From contig NC_092398.1 in assembly GCF_030028105.1 (NCBI RefSeq), positions 15,938,182-16,002,181 of the forward strand: a stretch of DNA of 64,000 bases, read 5' to 3'. The DNA is from Mobula birostris (taxonomy: Eukaryota). Positions 27,780 to 39,519 of the stretch are shown here, piece by piece (position 1 is the first letter of the stretch; the number at the start of each line of letters is the position of its first letter). The translations under genes were made by a program, and so were the position numbers. Below the pieces are notes generated by a model, which saw only the letters and a program-made list of their open reading frames with translations, was not told where the DNA came from and ran no database searches.

Positions 27780-28765
27780 ACAAAACAAGAGAAAATCTGC
27801 AGATACTGGAAATCCAAAGAACACACACAAAATGTTGGAGGAACTTAGCAGGCCAGGCAACATCTATGAAAAAAGAGTACAGTCAATGAAGTGTCGGAGG
27901 ATCGCCGAGATCATGGGGGGGAGCAGTGAGGAAGGGTTTCACTGACATTCCTTGTCCATTCATCCCAGCCCACTGATATCCCTCCTGGCACTTATCCTTG
28001 TAAGCAAAAAAAGTGCTACACCTCCACCCTCACTGCTACTCAGGGCCCTAAACAGTACTTACACGTGAGGGGACACTTCACCTGTGAGTCTGTGGGGGTC
28101 ATATACTGTGTCCAGTGCTCTCAGTGTGACCTCCTGTATATCGATGAGACCCGACATAGATTGAGCGACAGTTACGCCAAGCACCTATGCTGCATCCGCC
28201 AAAAGAGGCAGGATCTCCCGGTGGCTACCCATTTTAATTCCACTTCCCATTCAGATATATCAATCCATGGCCTCCTCAACTGTTGTGATAAGGCCACACT
28301 CAGGTTGAAGGAACAACGCCTTATATTCCATCTGGGTAGCCTCCAACCTGATGGCATGAACATCGATTTCTTGAACTTCCAGTAATGCCACCTCCCCTTC
28401 ACCATCCCCCATCCCCTTTTCCCTCTGTCACTTTATCTCCTCACCTGCCCGTCACCTCTCTGGTGCTCCTCCCGCCTTTTCTTTCTTCCATGGCCTTCTG
28501 TCCTCTTCTATCAGATCCCCCCTCTCCAGCCCAGTATCTCTTTCACCAATCAACTTCCCCGTTCTTTACTTCATCCTTCCCCATTCAGTTTTCAGTGATC
28601 AGCTTGTGTTTCTCTTTCCACGCCTCCCACCTTTTAAATCGACTCCTCATCTTTTCTTTCTCCAGTCCTGCCAAAGGGCCTCAGCCTGAAACGTTGACTG
28701 TTTACTTTTTTTCATAGATACTGCCTGGCCTGCTGAGTTCCTCCAGCACTTTGTGTGTGTTGCTT
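27780..28765 (+). mobile_element. Penelope fragment (GIY-YIG and tail) with an inverted tail copy at its 5' end
   Basis: FTCESVGVIYCVQCSQCDLLYIDETR..L..H...EQRLIFHLGSLQPDGMN; 27780-27890 is the reverse-complement tail. Confidence 0.85.
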
Positions 28766-28899
28766 CAATATCAGAGGCTGAATGGCCTGTACTCCTCTAT
28801 ATCTGTTCTGTATTCCAAGAGCTCAAGAAGGGAATGTGAAATATCATAAGGAAGATTAAGAAAAATTCTAATAGTATTTTATACATATATTTAAAAGAA

Positions 28900-29490
28900 G
28901 ATTGTTTCTCTGGAGAACGTATACCTCTCAAGGATAAATGATGGAATTTCTGTATGAAGCCAGAGGATGTGGGTGAGATTACAAATGAGTACTTTCCATC
29001 TTTGTAATGGCAGACAGAATTGAATGCAGTCAAGTGTGAAGTGTTGTACTTTGGGAGGACGGCCCAGGGTAGGACTTACACAGTGAATGGTATAGCACTG
29101 AGGAGTGTGACGGAACAGAGTGATCTGGGAATACAGATGCATAATTCCTTTAAAGTGGCACCACAGGTAAAGAGGGTTGTAAGGAGAGCTTCTGGTAGAT
29201 TGGTCTTTATAAATTAAATGGTTGAGTGCAGGAGTTGGGATGTTATGTTGAAGCTTGTAAGACATTGGTGAGGCTAAATTAGCTGTTCTAATCACCTATC
29301 TACAGGAAAGATATCAATAAGATTGAAAGAGTACAGAGAAAAAGTGCAAGGATGCTGCAAGGATGTGAGGACCTGAGTTATAGGGAAAGGTTGAACAGGT
29401 TAGGACTTTAGAGTGTAGGAGAATGAGGGGAGATTTGACGGAATATACAAATTTATGAGGGGTATCGATAGGGTGAATGAATGCAGGCAT
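28900..29490 (+). mobile_element. Decayed CR1 fragment
   Basis: KCEVLYFGR...DLGIQMHNSFKV. Confidence 0.75.
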
Positions 29491-31040
29491 TGTATTGTAT
29501 TGTGACAAATGTGTTTGATCTTACAGCTATTGCAGGGACATGGTGACAGGCTGTCCGGGACTGAGAACTCAGTATTTCAGCATATTCAGTGTTCCACAGC
29601 TCTGCCATGGACGGTCCTCAGCCCAGTTGCAAAAGGAGCATTGGACAAGGGGCTAGTAACCTCATCTTGTAAAAGCCCACAGCTACAGAAGCTCCAAGGA
29701 CCTCAACCCCAGAAGAGAACGGATCCTCCACAAAAATGGCTTCACCTGAGTACCACGAAAGACTGACTCAGGACAGAGGACTCTGGTGAGCTATTGTCAA
29801 TGGACTCTGTCACAGTAGGGGTGATGGCCTCAACTACCTTACAATGTTCCACGCGGATTGGGATGGGGAAAGGAGGAGGGTGGCCTTGTTCATCATGTCG
29901 TGGTGAGGAGTTATATCAGGACAATGAACAGTCAGAGCCTCTGCACCCTTAGGTGTTACCTCTTTATGGGGTAAAACTAATTGAGCTGCAAGGTAGAGTG
30001 GAAGAGGAATTTGTGGAGTTGTCAGGGACTCTTTCTTATAGCAGTCTGTTACAGAACCTAACCAGGAACAGGTCTCTTTAGTTGTAGCCTGCACAATGAG
30101 TTGAGATTAAATGACAAATCATCTGTGAAGGATCGTTGGCGGAAAATTCCACCAGCCCCCCCCCCCACCACCCCAACGTGACACAGTTTAGACCGTAAGA
30201 CCGTAAGATATCGGAGGAGAATTAGGCCACTTGACTCATCGAGTCTGCTCTGCCATTTCATCATGGCTGATCCAATTTTCCTCAGTCTCAATCTCCTGCC
30301 TTCTCCCCATATTGCTTCATGCCCTGTTCCATGAAGAATCGAGAAACCTTTGCCTTAAATAAAAATAAAGACTTAGCCACCACAACTGCCTGTGGCAAAG
30401 AATTCCACCATAGGAAACATCCTCTCCACATCCAGTCTATCAAGGCCTTTCACCATTTGATTGGTTACAATGGGGTCACCCCTCATTCTTTTAAATTCTA
30501 GTGAATACAGGGCAAGAGTTATCAAACGCCCTTCATATGACAAGCCATTCAATACTCAAATCATTTTTGTGTACCTCCTTTGATGGTGAACACACGTCCA
30601 GAAGCAATGTCGTCAACCTAAATAAGGCCAATTTCACAGATGTGAGGGTGTTGATGTCTGGAGTGGGCGTGGTAAATAGGCTCAGGGATCAGATCAGTAG
30701 GTGAAGTAACAGATGAAGCACACATTGGATGCAATTAGACAGAGGGATCCAGGAGAAAGTTGAACATCTGTGGTCAACAAACAAGGTCAAGGGAAATATT
30801 AAATCAAAAACTAAAGCACAGAGGGTGACAAGGGCTAGAGGTAGACCAGCAGACTGAGAATCCATCAGGAACCAGCGGCGAGAGACTCAAAAGCTAAAAC
30901 TAACAGGGAAATTGCAATAAATTAAATTCCGTACTGTCAATAGTGTTCATATCAGAAACATGACAAACATCCCAAAAATAATATTTGGTTGACATTTCAA
31001 CACTGCAATAGTCACCATCACGAGAGAGAAAAAGAAGTAG

Positions 31041-34032
31041 AAACACGAGGAATTCTGACGATGCTGGAAGTTCAAGCAACACACATCAAAGTTGCTGGTG
31101 AACGCAGCAGGCCAGGCAGCATCTCCAGGAAAAGGTACAGTCGACGTTTTGGGCTGAGACCCTTCGTCAGGACTAACTGAAAGAAGAGCTAGTAAGAGAT
31201 TTGAAAGTGGGAGGGGGAGGAGGAGATCCAAAATGATAGGAGAAGACAGGAGGGGGAGGGATGGAGCCAAGAGCTGGACAGTTCATTGGCAAGAGGGATA
31301 TGACAGGATCCTGGGACAGGAGGCCCAGGGAGAAAGACAAGTGGGGGGGGGGACCCAGAGGATGGGCAAGGGATATAATGAGAGGGACAGAGAGAGAAAA
31401 AGGAGAGAGAGAGAAAGAATGTGTGTATATACATAAATAATGGATGGGGTACGAGGGGGAGGTGGGGCATTAGTGGAAGTTTGAGAAGTCAATGTTCATG
31501 CCATCAGGTTGGAGGCTACCCAGACGGAATGTAAGGTGTTCTTCCTCCAACCTGAGTGTAGCTTCATCTTTACAGTAGAGGAGCCCGTGGATAGACATAT
31601 CAGAATGGGAATGGGACGTGGAATTAAAATGTGTGGCCACTGGGAGATCTTGCTTTCTCTGGCGAACCGAGCATAGGTGTTCAGTGAAACGATCTCCCAG
31701 TCTGCGTCGTGTCTTGCCAATATATTGAAGGCCACATTGGGAGCACCGGACACAGTATATCACCCCAGCCAACTCACAGGTGAAGTGTCGCCTCACCTGG
31801 AAGGACTGTTTGGGGCCCTGAATGGTGGTGAGGGAGGAAGTGTAAGGGCATGTGTAGCACTTGTCCTGCTTACAAAGATAAGAGCCAGGAGGGAGATCGG
31901 TGGGGAGGGATGGGGGGGGCGTGAATGGACAAGTGAGTCACTTAGGTAGCGATCCCTGCAGAAAGCAGAGATGGGGGGGGAGGGAAAGATGGAGGGAAAG
32001 ATGTGGTGGGATCCCTTTGGAGGTGGCGGAAGTTACGGAGAATAACATGTTGGACCCGGAGGCTGGTGGGGTGATAGGTGAGGACAAGGGGAACCTTATT
32101 CCTAGTCAGGAGGCGGGAGGATGGAGTGAAAGCAGATGTGTGTGAAATGGTGGAGATGCGTTTGAGAGCAGAGTTTATGGTGGAGAAAGGGAAGCTCCTT
32201 TCTTTAAAAAAGGGGGACATCTCCCTCGTCCTGGAAGGAAAAGCCTCATCCTGAGAGCAGATGCGGCGGAGATGGAGGAATTGCGAGAAGGGGATGGCAT
32301 TTTTGTAAGAGACAGGGTGAGAAGAGGATTGTCCAGATAGCTGTGAGAGTCAGTTGGCTTATAGTAGACATCAGTAGATAAGCTGACTCCAGAGATAGAG
32401 ACAGAAAGATCTAGAAAGGGGAGGGAGGTGTCGGAAATGGACCAGGTAAACTTGAGGGCAGGGTGAAAGTTGGGGGCAAAGTTAATGAAGTCAACAAGCT
32501 CAGCAAGCGTGCAGGAAGCAGCGCCAATGCAGTCGTGGATGTAGCGAAGTAAAAGTGGGGGACAGATACCAGAATAGGTTTGGAACATAGATTGTTCCAC
32601 AAAGCCAACAGAAAGGCAGGCATAGCTAGGACCCATACGGGTGCCCATAGCTACACCTTTAGCTTGGAGGACGTGGGAGGAGCCAAAGGAGAAATTATTA
32701 AGAGTAAGGACTAATTCCGCTAGACGGAGCAGAGTGGTGGTAGAGGGGAACTGGTTAGGTCTGCAATTCAAAAAGAAGTGGAGAGCTTTGAGACTTTCCT
32801 GATGGGGAATGGAAGTATACAGTATAGGGACTAGACATCCATGGTGAAAATAAAGCGGTGGGGGCCGGGGAACTTAAAATCATCGAAAAGTTTAAGAGCA
32901 TGACAAGTGTCACGAACATAGGTAGGAAGGGATTGAACAAGGGGAGATAAAACGGTGTCGAGGTATGCATAAATGAGTTCGGTGGGGCAGGAGCAAGCTG
33001 AGACTATAGGTCTGCCAGGACAGGCAGGTTTGCGGATCTTGGGTAGGAGGTAGAAACGGGAAGTGCGAGGTGTGGGAACTATAAGGTTGGTAGCAGTGGA
33101 TGGGAGATCCCCTGAGCGGATAAAGTCGGTGATGGTGTGGGAGACAATGGTCCGGTGCTCCTTAGTGGGGTCACGATCGAGGGGTAAATAAGAGGAGGTA
33201 TCCGCGAGTTGTCGCTGTGTCTCGGCAAGGTAGAGGTCAGTAGGCCAGACTACAAAAGCACCCCCCTTATCAGCGGGTTTTATACTAAGGTTAGGATGAG
33301 TGCGGAGGGAGTGGAGAGCAGAGCGTTCGGAACTCCCGATGTGGCTTTCTATGTATTGGCGAGACCCGACGCAGACTGGGAGACCGCTTTGCTGAACATC
33401 TACGCTCTGTCCGCCAGAGAAAGCAGGATCTCCCAGTGGCCACACATTTTAATTCCACATCCCATTCCCATTCTGACATGTCTATCCACGGCCTCCTCTA
33501 CTGTAAAGATGAAGCCACACTCGGGTTGGAGGAAGAACACCTTACATTCCGTCTGGGTAGCCTCCAACCTGATGGCATGAACATTGACTTCTCTAGCTTC
33601 CGCTAATGCCCCACCTCCCCCTCGTACCCCATCCATTATTTATTTATATACACACATTCTTTCTCTCACTCTCCTTTTTCTCCCTCTGTTCCTCTGACTA
33701 TACCCCTTGCCCATCCTCTGGGTTCCCCCCACCTTTCCTTCTCCCCGGGCCTCCTGTCCCATGATCGTCTCATATCCCTTTTGCCACCCACCTGTCCAGC
33801 TCTCGGCTCCATCACTCCCCCTCCTGTCTTCTCCTTTCATTTTGGATCTCCCCCTCACCCTCCCACTTTCAAATCTCTTACTAGCTCTTCCTTCAGTTTG
33901 TCCTGACAAAGGTTCTCGGCCCGAAACGTCGACTGTACCTCTTCCGAGAGATGCTGCCTGGCCTGCTGCGTTCACCAGCAACTTTGATGTGTGTTACTTG
34001 AATTTCCAGCATCTGCCGAATTCCTCGTGTTT
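31041..34032 (-). mobile_element. Penelope-like element with RT, GIY-YIG and an inverted terminal duplication
   Basis: KPADKGGA, FYLLPKIRK..PGRPIVS, GVAMGTRMGPSYA, RYIHD, PFLDL, VYYKPTDS; GIY-YIG at 31470-31796; 33330-34032 is an inverted copy of 31041-31740. Confidence 0.92.
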
Positions 34033-34235
34033 GCGTTCGGAAGGAGTAAGGGAGTAATGGGTCTAAAAGCAAAACGTCACCAGGTCCCAACGACCTGCAC
34101 TCGATGGTTTTACAGGAAATGCTTGGAGAGAAAGTGGAGATGTAAGTTGAATTTTCTCAAAACTCACTGTGTTCCAGCAAGGCCCCGGTGTCTCAATTGC
34201 GTCTCCATTGTTCGAGAAAAATTCATCCCCGCTCC

Positions 34236-34380
34236 GGACTGTTACCACGGAATCGACGTCAGTGAAGGAGCACCATCTATGACGTCAGCGCGCTCCTGGT
34301 AAGGAAAAATCCGCCTTATCACGTGACTGTGAGGCAGTAGCCCGTGAGGTGGGAAAGAGGGAGCTGTCAATCAGAGTAGC
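34236..34380 (-). promoter_or_regulatory. Putative promoter A: PBX/MEIS site, E-box, CRE, X-box-like site
   Basis: CTGTCAATCA 34364; TCACGTGAC 34319; TGACGTCA 34280; GTTACCACGGAATC 34241. Confidence 0.65.
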
Positions 34381-35204
34381 CTCTGGGAACCTTATGAAAA
34401 TTGTAAATAGATCACTGAACTCTTCATGAAAACAAAGAGCGTCGCTGAAAAACATTTGTCAAAGTCAAAGTAAATTTACTATCAAACTATGTATATGTCA
34501 CCATATACGACCTTGAGATCCTTTCTTTGCAGGCATGTGCAGGAAAATAATTGCAATAGAATTATGAAATCTAGAAATGACACGGATTGACAAACAACCA
34601 ACGTGCAAATAATGAGTTGTTGAGAACTTGAAAGTGAGTCCGCATATTGTGGAATCATTTCAGTGAAGTTTTCTGTGTTTCAAAAGCATGATTGGAAGGA
34701 GGCTCCTGCATCTCCTTCCTGATGGCAGCAGCGAAAGGAGAACACGGCATAGATCACGGATGTCCTTGATGATGGATGCTGCTTTCTTATGGCAGAACTC
34801 CTTGTAACTGTTTTCAATGATCGGGACAGCTTTGCCTGGGATGAACTTGGCTGTATCCATCATTTTTTAGAGAACTCCATTCCAGGACATTGGTGTTTCC
34901 AGACCAGGCTATCATCCAACCAGACCAGGCTGTCATCCAACCACTGTGAATCTGTATAAGTAGTCAAAGGTTTAGATGACATGCTGATTATCCTCCAAGA
35001 TAGCTTGCTGATGCTACTTGGGAGAGTTTTGTACAGAAATGGGAACCGAAGCACCAGGTCAGCAAGGGAAGGATCAGAACAGAAAGTCGATGTTAGGGAA
35101 AGAATTGAAAGGCAAAATCAAAATAACAGGTATGATGGGTCAGATAGGTTTAAGACTGTGTATTTTAACAGTAGAAGTATTGTAGTTAAGGGTGATGCAC
35201 TTAA

Positions 35205-36223
35205 TGTCACGTTCCGGTCCGTGAACTCTGCATTCCAGTTCACGGTCTGGTCCATTGATCCTCATTCCAGGTTTTCCGGTTTTCCCTTGTTCTGTTGAGG
35301 TGCCTCTATTGAGGCACATGATTCTTATTTTGGGCTGATACATAAATAGTTACTGGGTTCAGCTTGAGTAGCTGGACTGTTTCCCTCCTTCTGTAGCTCT
35401 TGGCTAAAGTCTCACCTGCTACCTTTCACTTGAAGCCTCGCCTGAGTCCTTGCCTATTCTTGCTGTCAAGTTCTACTGCTGGAGCAAGACAGGAGCCTTG
35501 TTGTGTCTAGATAAGGAACTGTCTCTTTGTGTCCCTGCCTTCGCTAAGTAGATCTGGCCATTTGCCGCTACCTCGAGTTCGAACTGTCTCCGTGTCCACA
35601 CCTTCGCTAGGTCGGTCTGGCTGTTTGCTGCTACCTTGTGCTGGGAACTGTCTTGTCGTGTTCAGCATTCTGTGTATAAGTCTTGGCCCTACGTCCTGTT
35701 CCCAAGGAGGAGTCCCAGCTCTGTGTTCCGTGTATGAGTCCCGGCTGTATGTCCTGTTCCCAAGGAGGGGTCCTGGCTCTGTGTTCTGCATTCCTGTCTC
35801 CCAAGACCAAGGCTCTCTGTTCCACGTTCCTGTCTCCGAAGACCAAGTCTGAGCTTCGTGTCCTCATCCTGCCCAGAAGTCCTGCGTCCTGCCACCATGT
35901 CCAGTCCTGTTGCCTTGCCACGTCTTGTCCTCGCCTAGATCCGGAGTCCGAGCTCGAGTCAACACCCAGGTTCTGGGTCGCTGGCCAGTCTCTGGCTCGG
36001 AGTCCTTGTCCAGGTTCCAAGTTCCTAGTTCCTCGTCCAGGTGCTGCTTTCCTAGTCTAGTCCTAGCCCAGGCCCTGTATCCTAGTCTCGTCCATGCATG
36101 TGTCTTTTCCAGCATCGTTTCTCCCCCACTTCCCTTGCTTTCTTGACACACCTAGTCCTGTTCCTTGTACTTCATTGTCTGTGTCTTCCACTTGGATCTG
36201 CCATCAACGCCCACCTTATAACA
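35205..36223 (+). mobile_element. Solo LTR, same family as 10786-12179, inserted into a CR1 endonuclease remnant
   Basis: TGTCAC...ATAACA; TSD CTTAA/CTTAG; flanks rejoin as YFNSRSIV..GDAL / TWNYNVVAITETWL. Confidence 0.82.
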
Positions 36224-37209
36224 CTTAGGACATGGAACTACAATGTTGTAGCCATTACAGAAACTTGGTTGAGAGAGAGGCAGGTTTTTGAAGTTTTAGA
36301 AAAGATCGATATGCCTACCTTTTTATTTCCAACATGGATCAGTTAATGTTGCATCTTGGATCATTTTCAATCTTGTCAAAATCATAAATTAGTTAGATTT
36401 GTAGCACAGTTTATTTGATCTTATTTCCTTAAACAAGAGATTGGGCGGCTGCAGTGTCGGGCCTCTCCTGTTTTCAGTGATTTGTTACTTATATGAAATT
36501 CATGTTGTGATAATCCCACTGTTTAAATTATAATATTGCAATTCATGTATTTATCTTGCAACTTGTAATTAATCATTGAGCACTGTTACAAGGAGTTCTA
36601 CCTCTTCAAGAACATCCGTCATCAATGCCATATTGTCTTCTCACTGCTGCCATTGGGAAGGAGATACAGGAGCTTTAGGTCCCACACCACCAGGTTCAGC
36701 AAGAGTTATTACCCTACACCATTCATGCTCTTGAAACTGCAGAGATAACTTCACTGAACTGATTCCAGAATCTACAGACTCGCTTTCAAGTTCTCTACAA
36801 CTTATGTTCTCAGTATTATTTGTTTATATAATTTGCACGATTTGTCTTTTTTTGCATATTGGTTGTCAATTTGATTTACTTGTTTATTTATTATTATCTT
36901 ATTTTATTTATTATCATTACTTTTTCTCTCTCTCCTAGATTATGTATGGCATTGAACTGCTGCTGCTAAGTTAACAAATTTCACGTCACATGCCGTGATA
37001 ATAAACCTGATTCTGATTCTGTGCCATTTATAGATTTCATAAATTCTATTGCATTTATTTTCCTGTAAGTGCCCACAAGAAAATTAATCTCAAGGTAGCA
37101 TATGGTTTGATAATAAATTTACATAGACTATGACAAATGTTCTTTAGTGACGCTCTTTGTTTTCATGAAGGGTTCGGTGATTTATTTATAATGTTCACAA
37201 GGTTCCCAG

Positions 37210-37350
37210 CGGTTCCTCTGATTGACAGCTCCAGCTTTCCCTCTGGCCGGGCTGTAACCTCACCGTCACGTGACACCCCGTAATTGCCGACCCTTGGCGC
37301 GTTGACGTCACAGAGTGGGCTCTTCACTGATGTCGTTTCCCCGGCAACGG
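37210..37350 (+). promoter_or_regulatory. Putative promoter B, inverted paralog of promoter A
   Basis: TGATTGACAG 37219; GTCACGTGAC 37265; TGACGTCA 37303; RFX X-box GTTTCCCCGGCAAC 37335. Confidence 0.7.
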
Positions 37351-37989
37351 ACCGGCAGATCCGGGCGGCAAGTACAAAACCAGTGGGCAGGCGGATGGGG
37401 ATTTAAGCTTTCAATAGCTAAAATTCAAATTATGTTTCACAAGAAGGATTAATAGAAATCCTTGAATCAGTCTTAAAACAGGTCATTCTAGCACTTGAAT
37501 TGAAATTATATAGTAGGTACTTGAAGAAGTGTCGGCGGTAATATTTCCAGGCATGTGGATGGATAATAATCGGATGTAGAAGCACCATATCAGCAAAATA
37601 ATTGGTAAATATTAAATATTTAATATTCTCAGGTGTCTATGTGGATATTGTTGGGGTACTACACGAAAATATTTATTGGCAATTTATCTTTGTTTAATTA
37701 GATTTCTTGTTTACGGCTGTGTGGCTTCTGGTCAGCTTTTAGATTATGAGGACATTCACTCCTCGTTTATTGTCATTTAGAAATGCATGCTTTAAGAGAT
37801 GATGCAACGTTCCTCCAGTATGATATCACAGAAATGTCATCGTCAACTTTAAGAAGGTTTGGATGTGATACAAGCAAAGGGTTTAAGATTGTGTTGTGGT
37901 GCAGTAAGGTCGCCCCCTGTTCCGGCTTTACTGGTTGAAATGGAACAATTGCCCTTACAGTTTCAGAGGTTGAAGTTGATATTAACACA

Positions 37990-39245
37990 CTGGATTAATT
38001 TGTCTGGGCAGTGGAATGATCACCCTGTTAAGATGTAGTGGAAACTGTTAGGAACATCAGAAGAAGGGCTTTTAGTTTTGGGTAGTTGGGTTCTTATCAC
38101 GCCAGGAATATGGGTTTGTTGGATTGCACAGTATGTCCTGTAGCTTTCTTGGTAACCCCACCTTGCTTTTTTCCAATGACTTTAGTTGATTTTAGATTAC
38201 ATGTTTTAATAAATTCCAAGGATTCTGTTATGCCCGAGAGTCTGTTGGTTCATCAATATATTAAGAAAAATTATTATGATATGTTAACAATTTTTACCGA
38301 AGGATCAGAAGATAATTTAACTGGGAATGTTTGTGTGGCTGTTATTGTACCTGAATTCCAGGTAGCGTTAACAAAAAACAACTTATTAACCATTTATCAG
38401 TGAAAACCGTTGAACTGGTTGCCATCATCTGCGGCTTACAGTGGGTGGAGGAAATTTGTCCGTGTAAAGTTGTAATTCGTTCAGCTTCCTTTTCAGTTTT
38501 GATGAGTCTTAAACCAGGTCATTCTAGCAGTAGGTCAGATTTACTGTTGGAAGCTCATCAAACATTGTTTCGCCTACTAAGTATTGGTATATATGTTGGC
38601 TTCATATGGATCCCAACATATAGAGGTGTTGAGGAGAATGAGTGGGTTGATAGTTTAGCTGAGAAATCTGTTAAACTTTCAGCAGTGGATATAAAACTCC
38701 CACTTATCAAATCAGAAGGGGTTGGTAGGATTAAGAATTAGGGAGTTATGTCAAGACTTGTGGGATATTGAGCATAAGTGGAGACACCTTTACAGAATAC
38801 ATAATACTATGGGGGAAGACGGTAAAACAAGAAGGGAAGGGATTATTTTGACTTAGAATTCGGCATTCTATGCTTAATTATTCCTCATATCTTGTTGGAA
38901 AACATCACTCTGGGGTGTGTAGGTTCTGTCATCATTATGAAACAGTTGAACATTCTATTCCAGTGTGAAGCATATAAGGTTGAAAGAAATCAAATGAAGA
39001 CTTCATTACAATCTTTGGAGTTCATAGTTTTCATGTAAACGTTGTTAAGTTATGGGAGTGACTTTAATTCTCGATATCATCTTTCGTTACTTAGAATCTA
39101 TCTTTTGGTGGTAATTTAGCTTTCATTTGAAAGAGAAGTTGTAGGAGTTTTGTTTCCATAACTTTCTACACCACAGTCCAGTCCAGTTGGTGATGGTAAT
39201 GCACCTTAAAGTTGGACTGCCAACCGACATAAAAGGTCAGAAGGT
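37990..39245 (+). mobile_element. Nimb/I-group LINE 3' portion
   Basis: IFTEGSED, VELVAIICGLQWVEE, FIWIPTYRGVEENEWVDSLA; 3' end ggtaatgcacc...gccaaccgac. Confidence 0.75.
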
Positions 39246-39519
39246 GAAGTGGGGTCATTCTGTACTTGCTGCATTTCGACGCCACTGTGAGCATCAGCCT
39301 CTTCACATCCTGCCTGCTGCCCCAGGGACAATGAGTATCTGTCAGTTCCTTACTGCCCCAGCTCCCTGCCTCATGTTTCCCATTCTCATCCTCGGGCTCA
39401 CATCCCTCCTTGGTCTTCACCCATCACTCTCTCTGTAACCTCCTCCCATCCTGATAAACTCTCACAGATCTGCTCTCATCCTTCTGTGGCCCTTCTGCAT
39501 CTACACATCTGCTTCCTTT

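Noticed and set aside
32831-33445. 204-aa ORF as an intact RT N-terminus
   Set aside because: Its first part reads antisense through the inverted arm; real RT similarity begins near 33300 and is frameshifted
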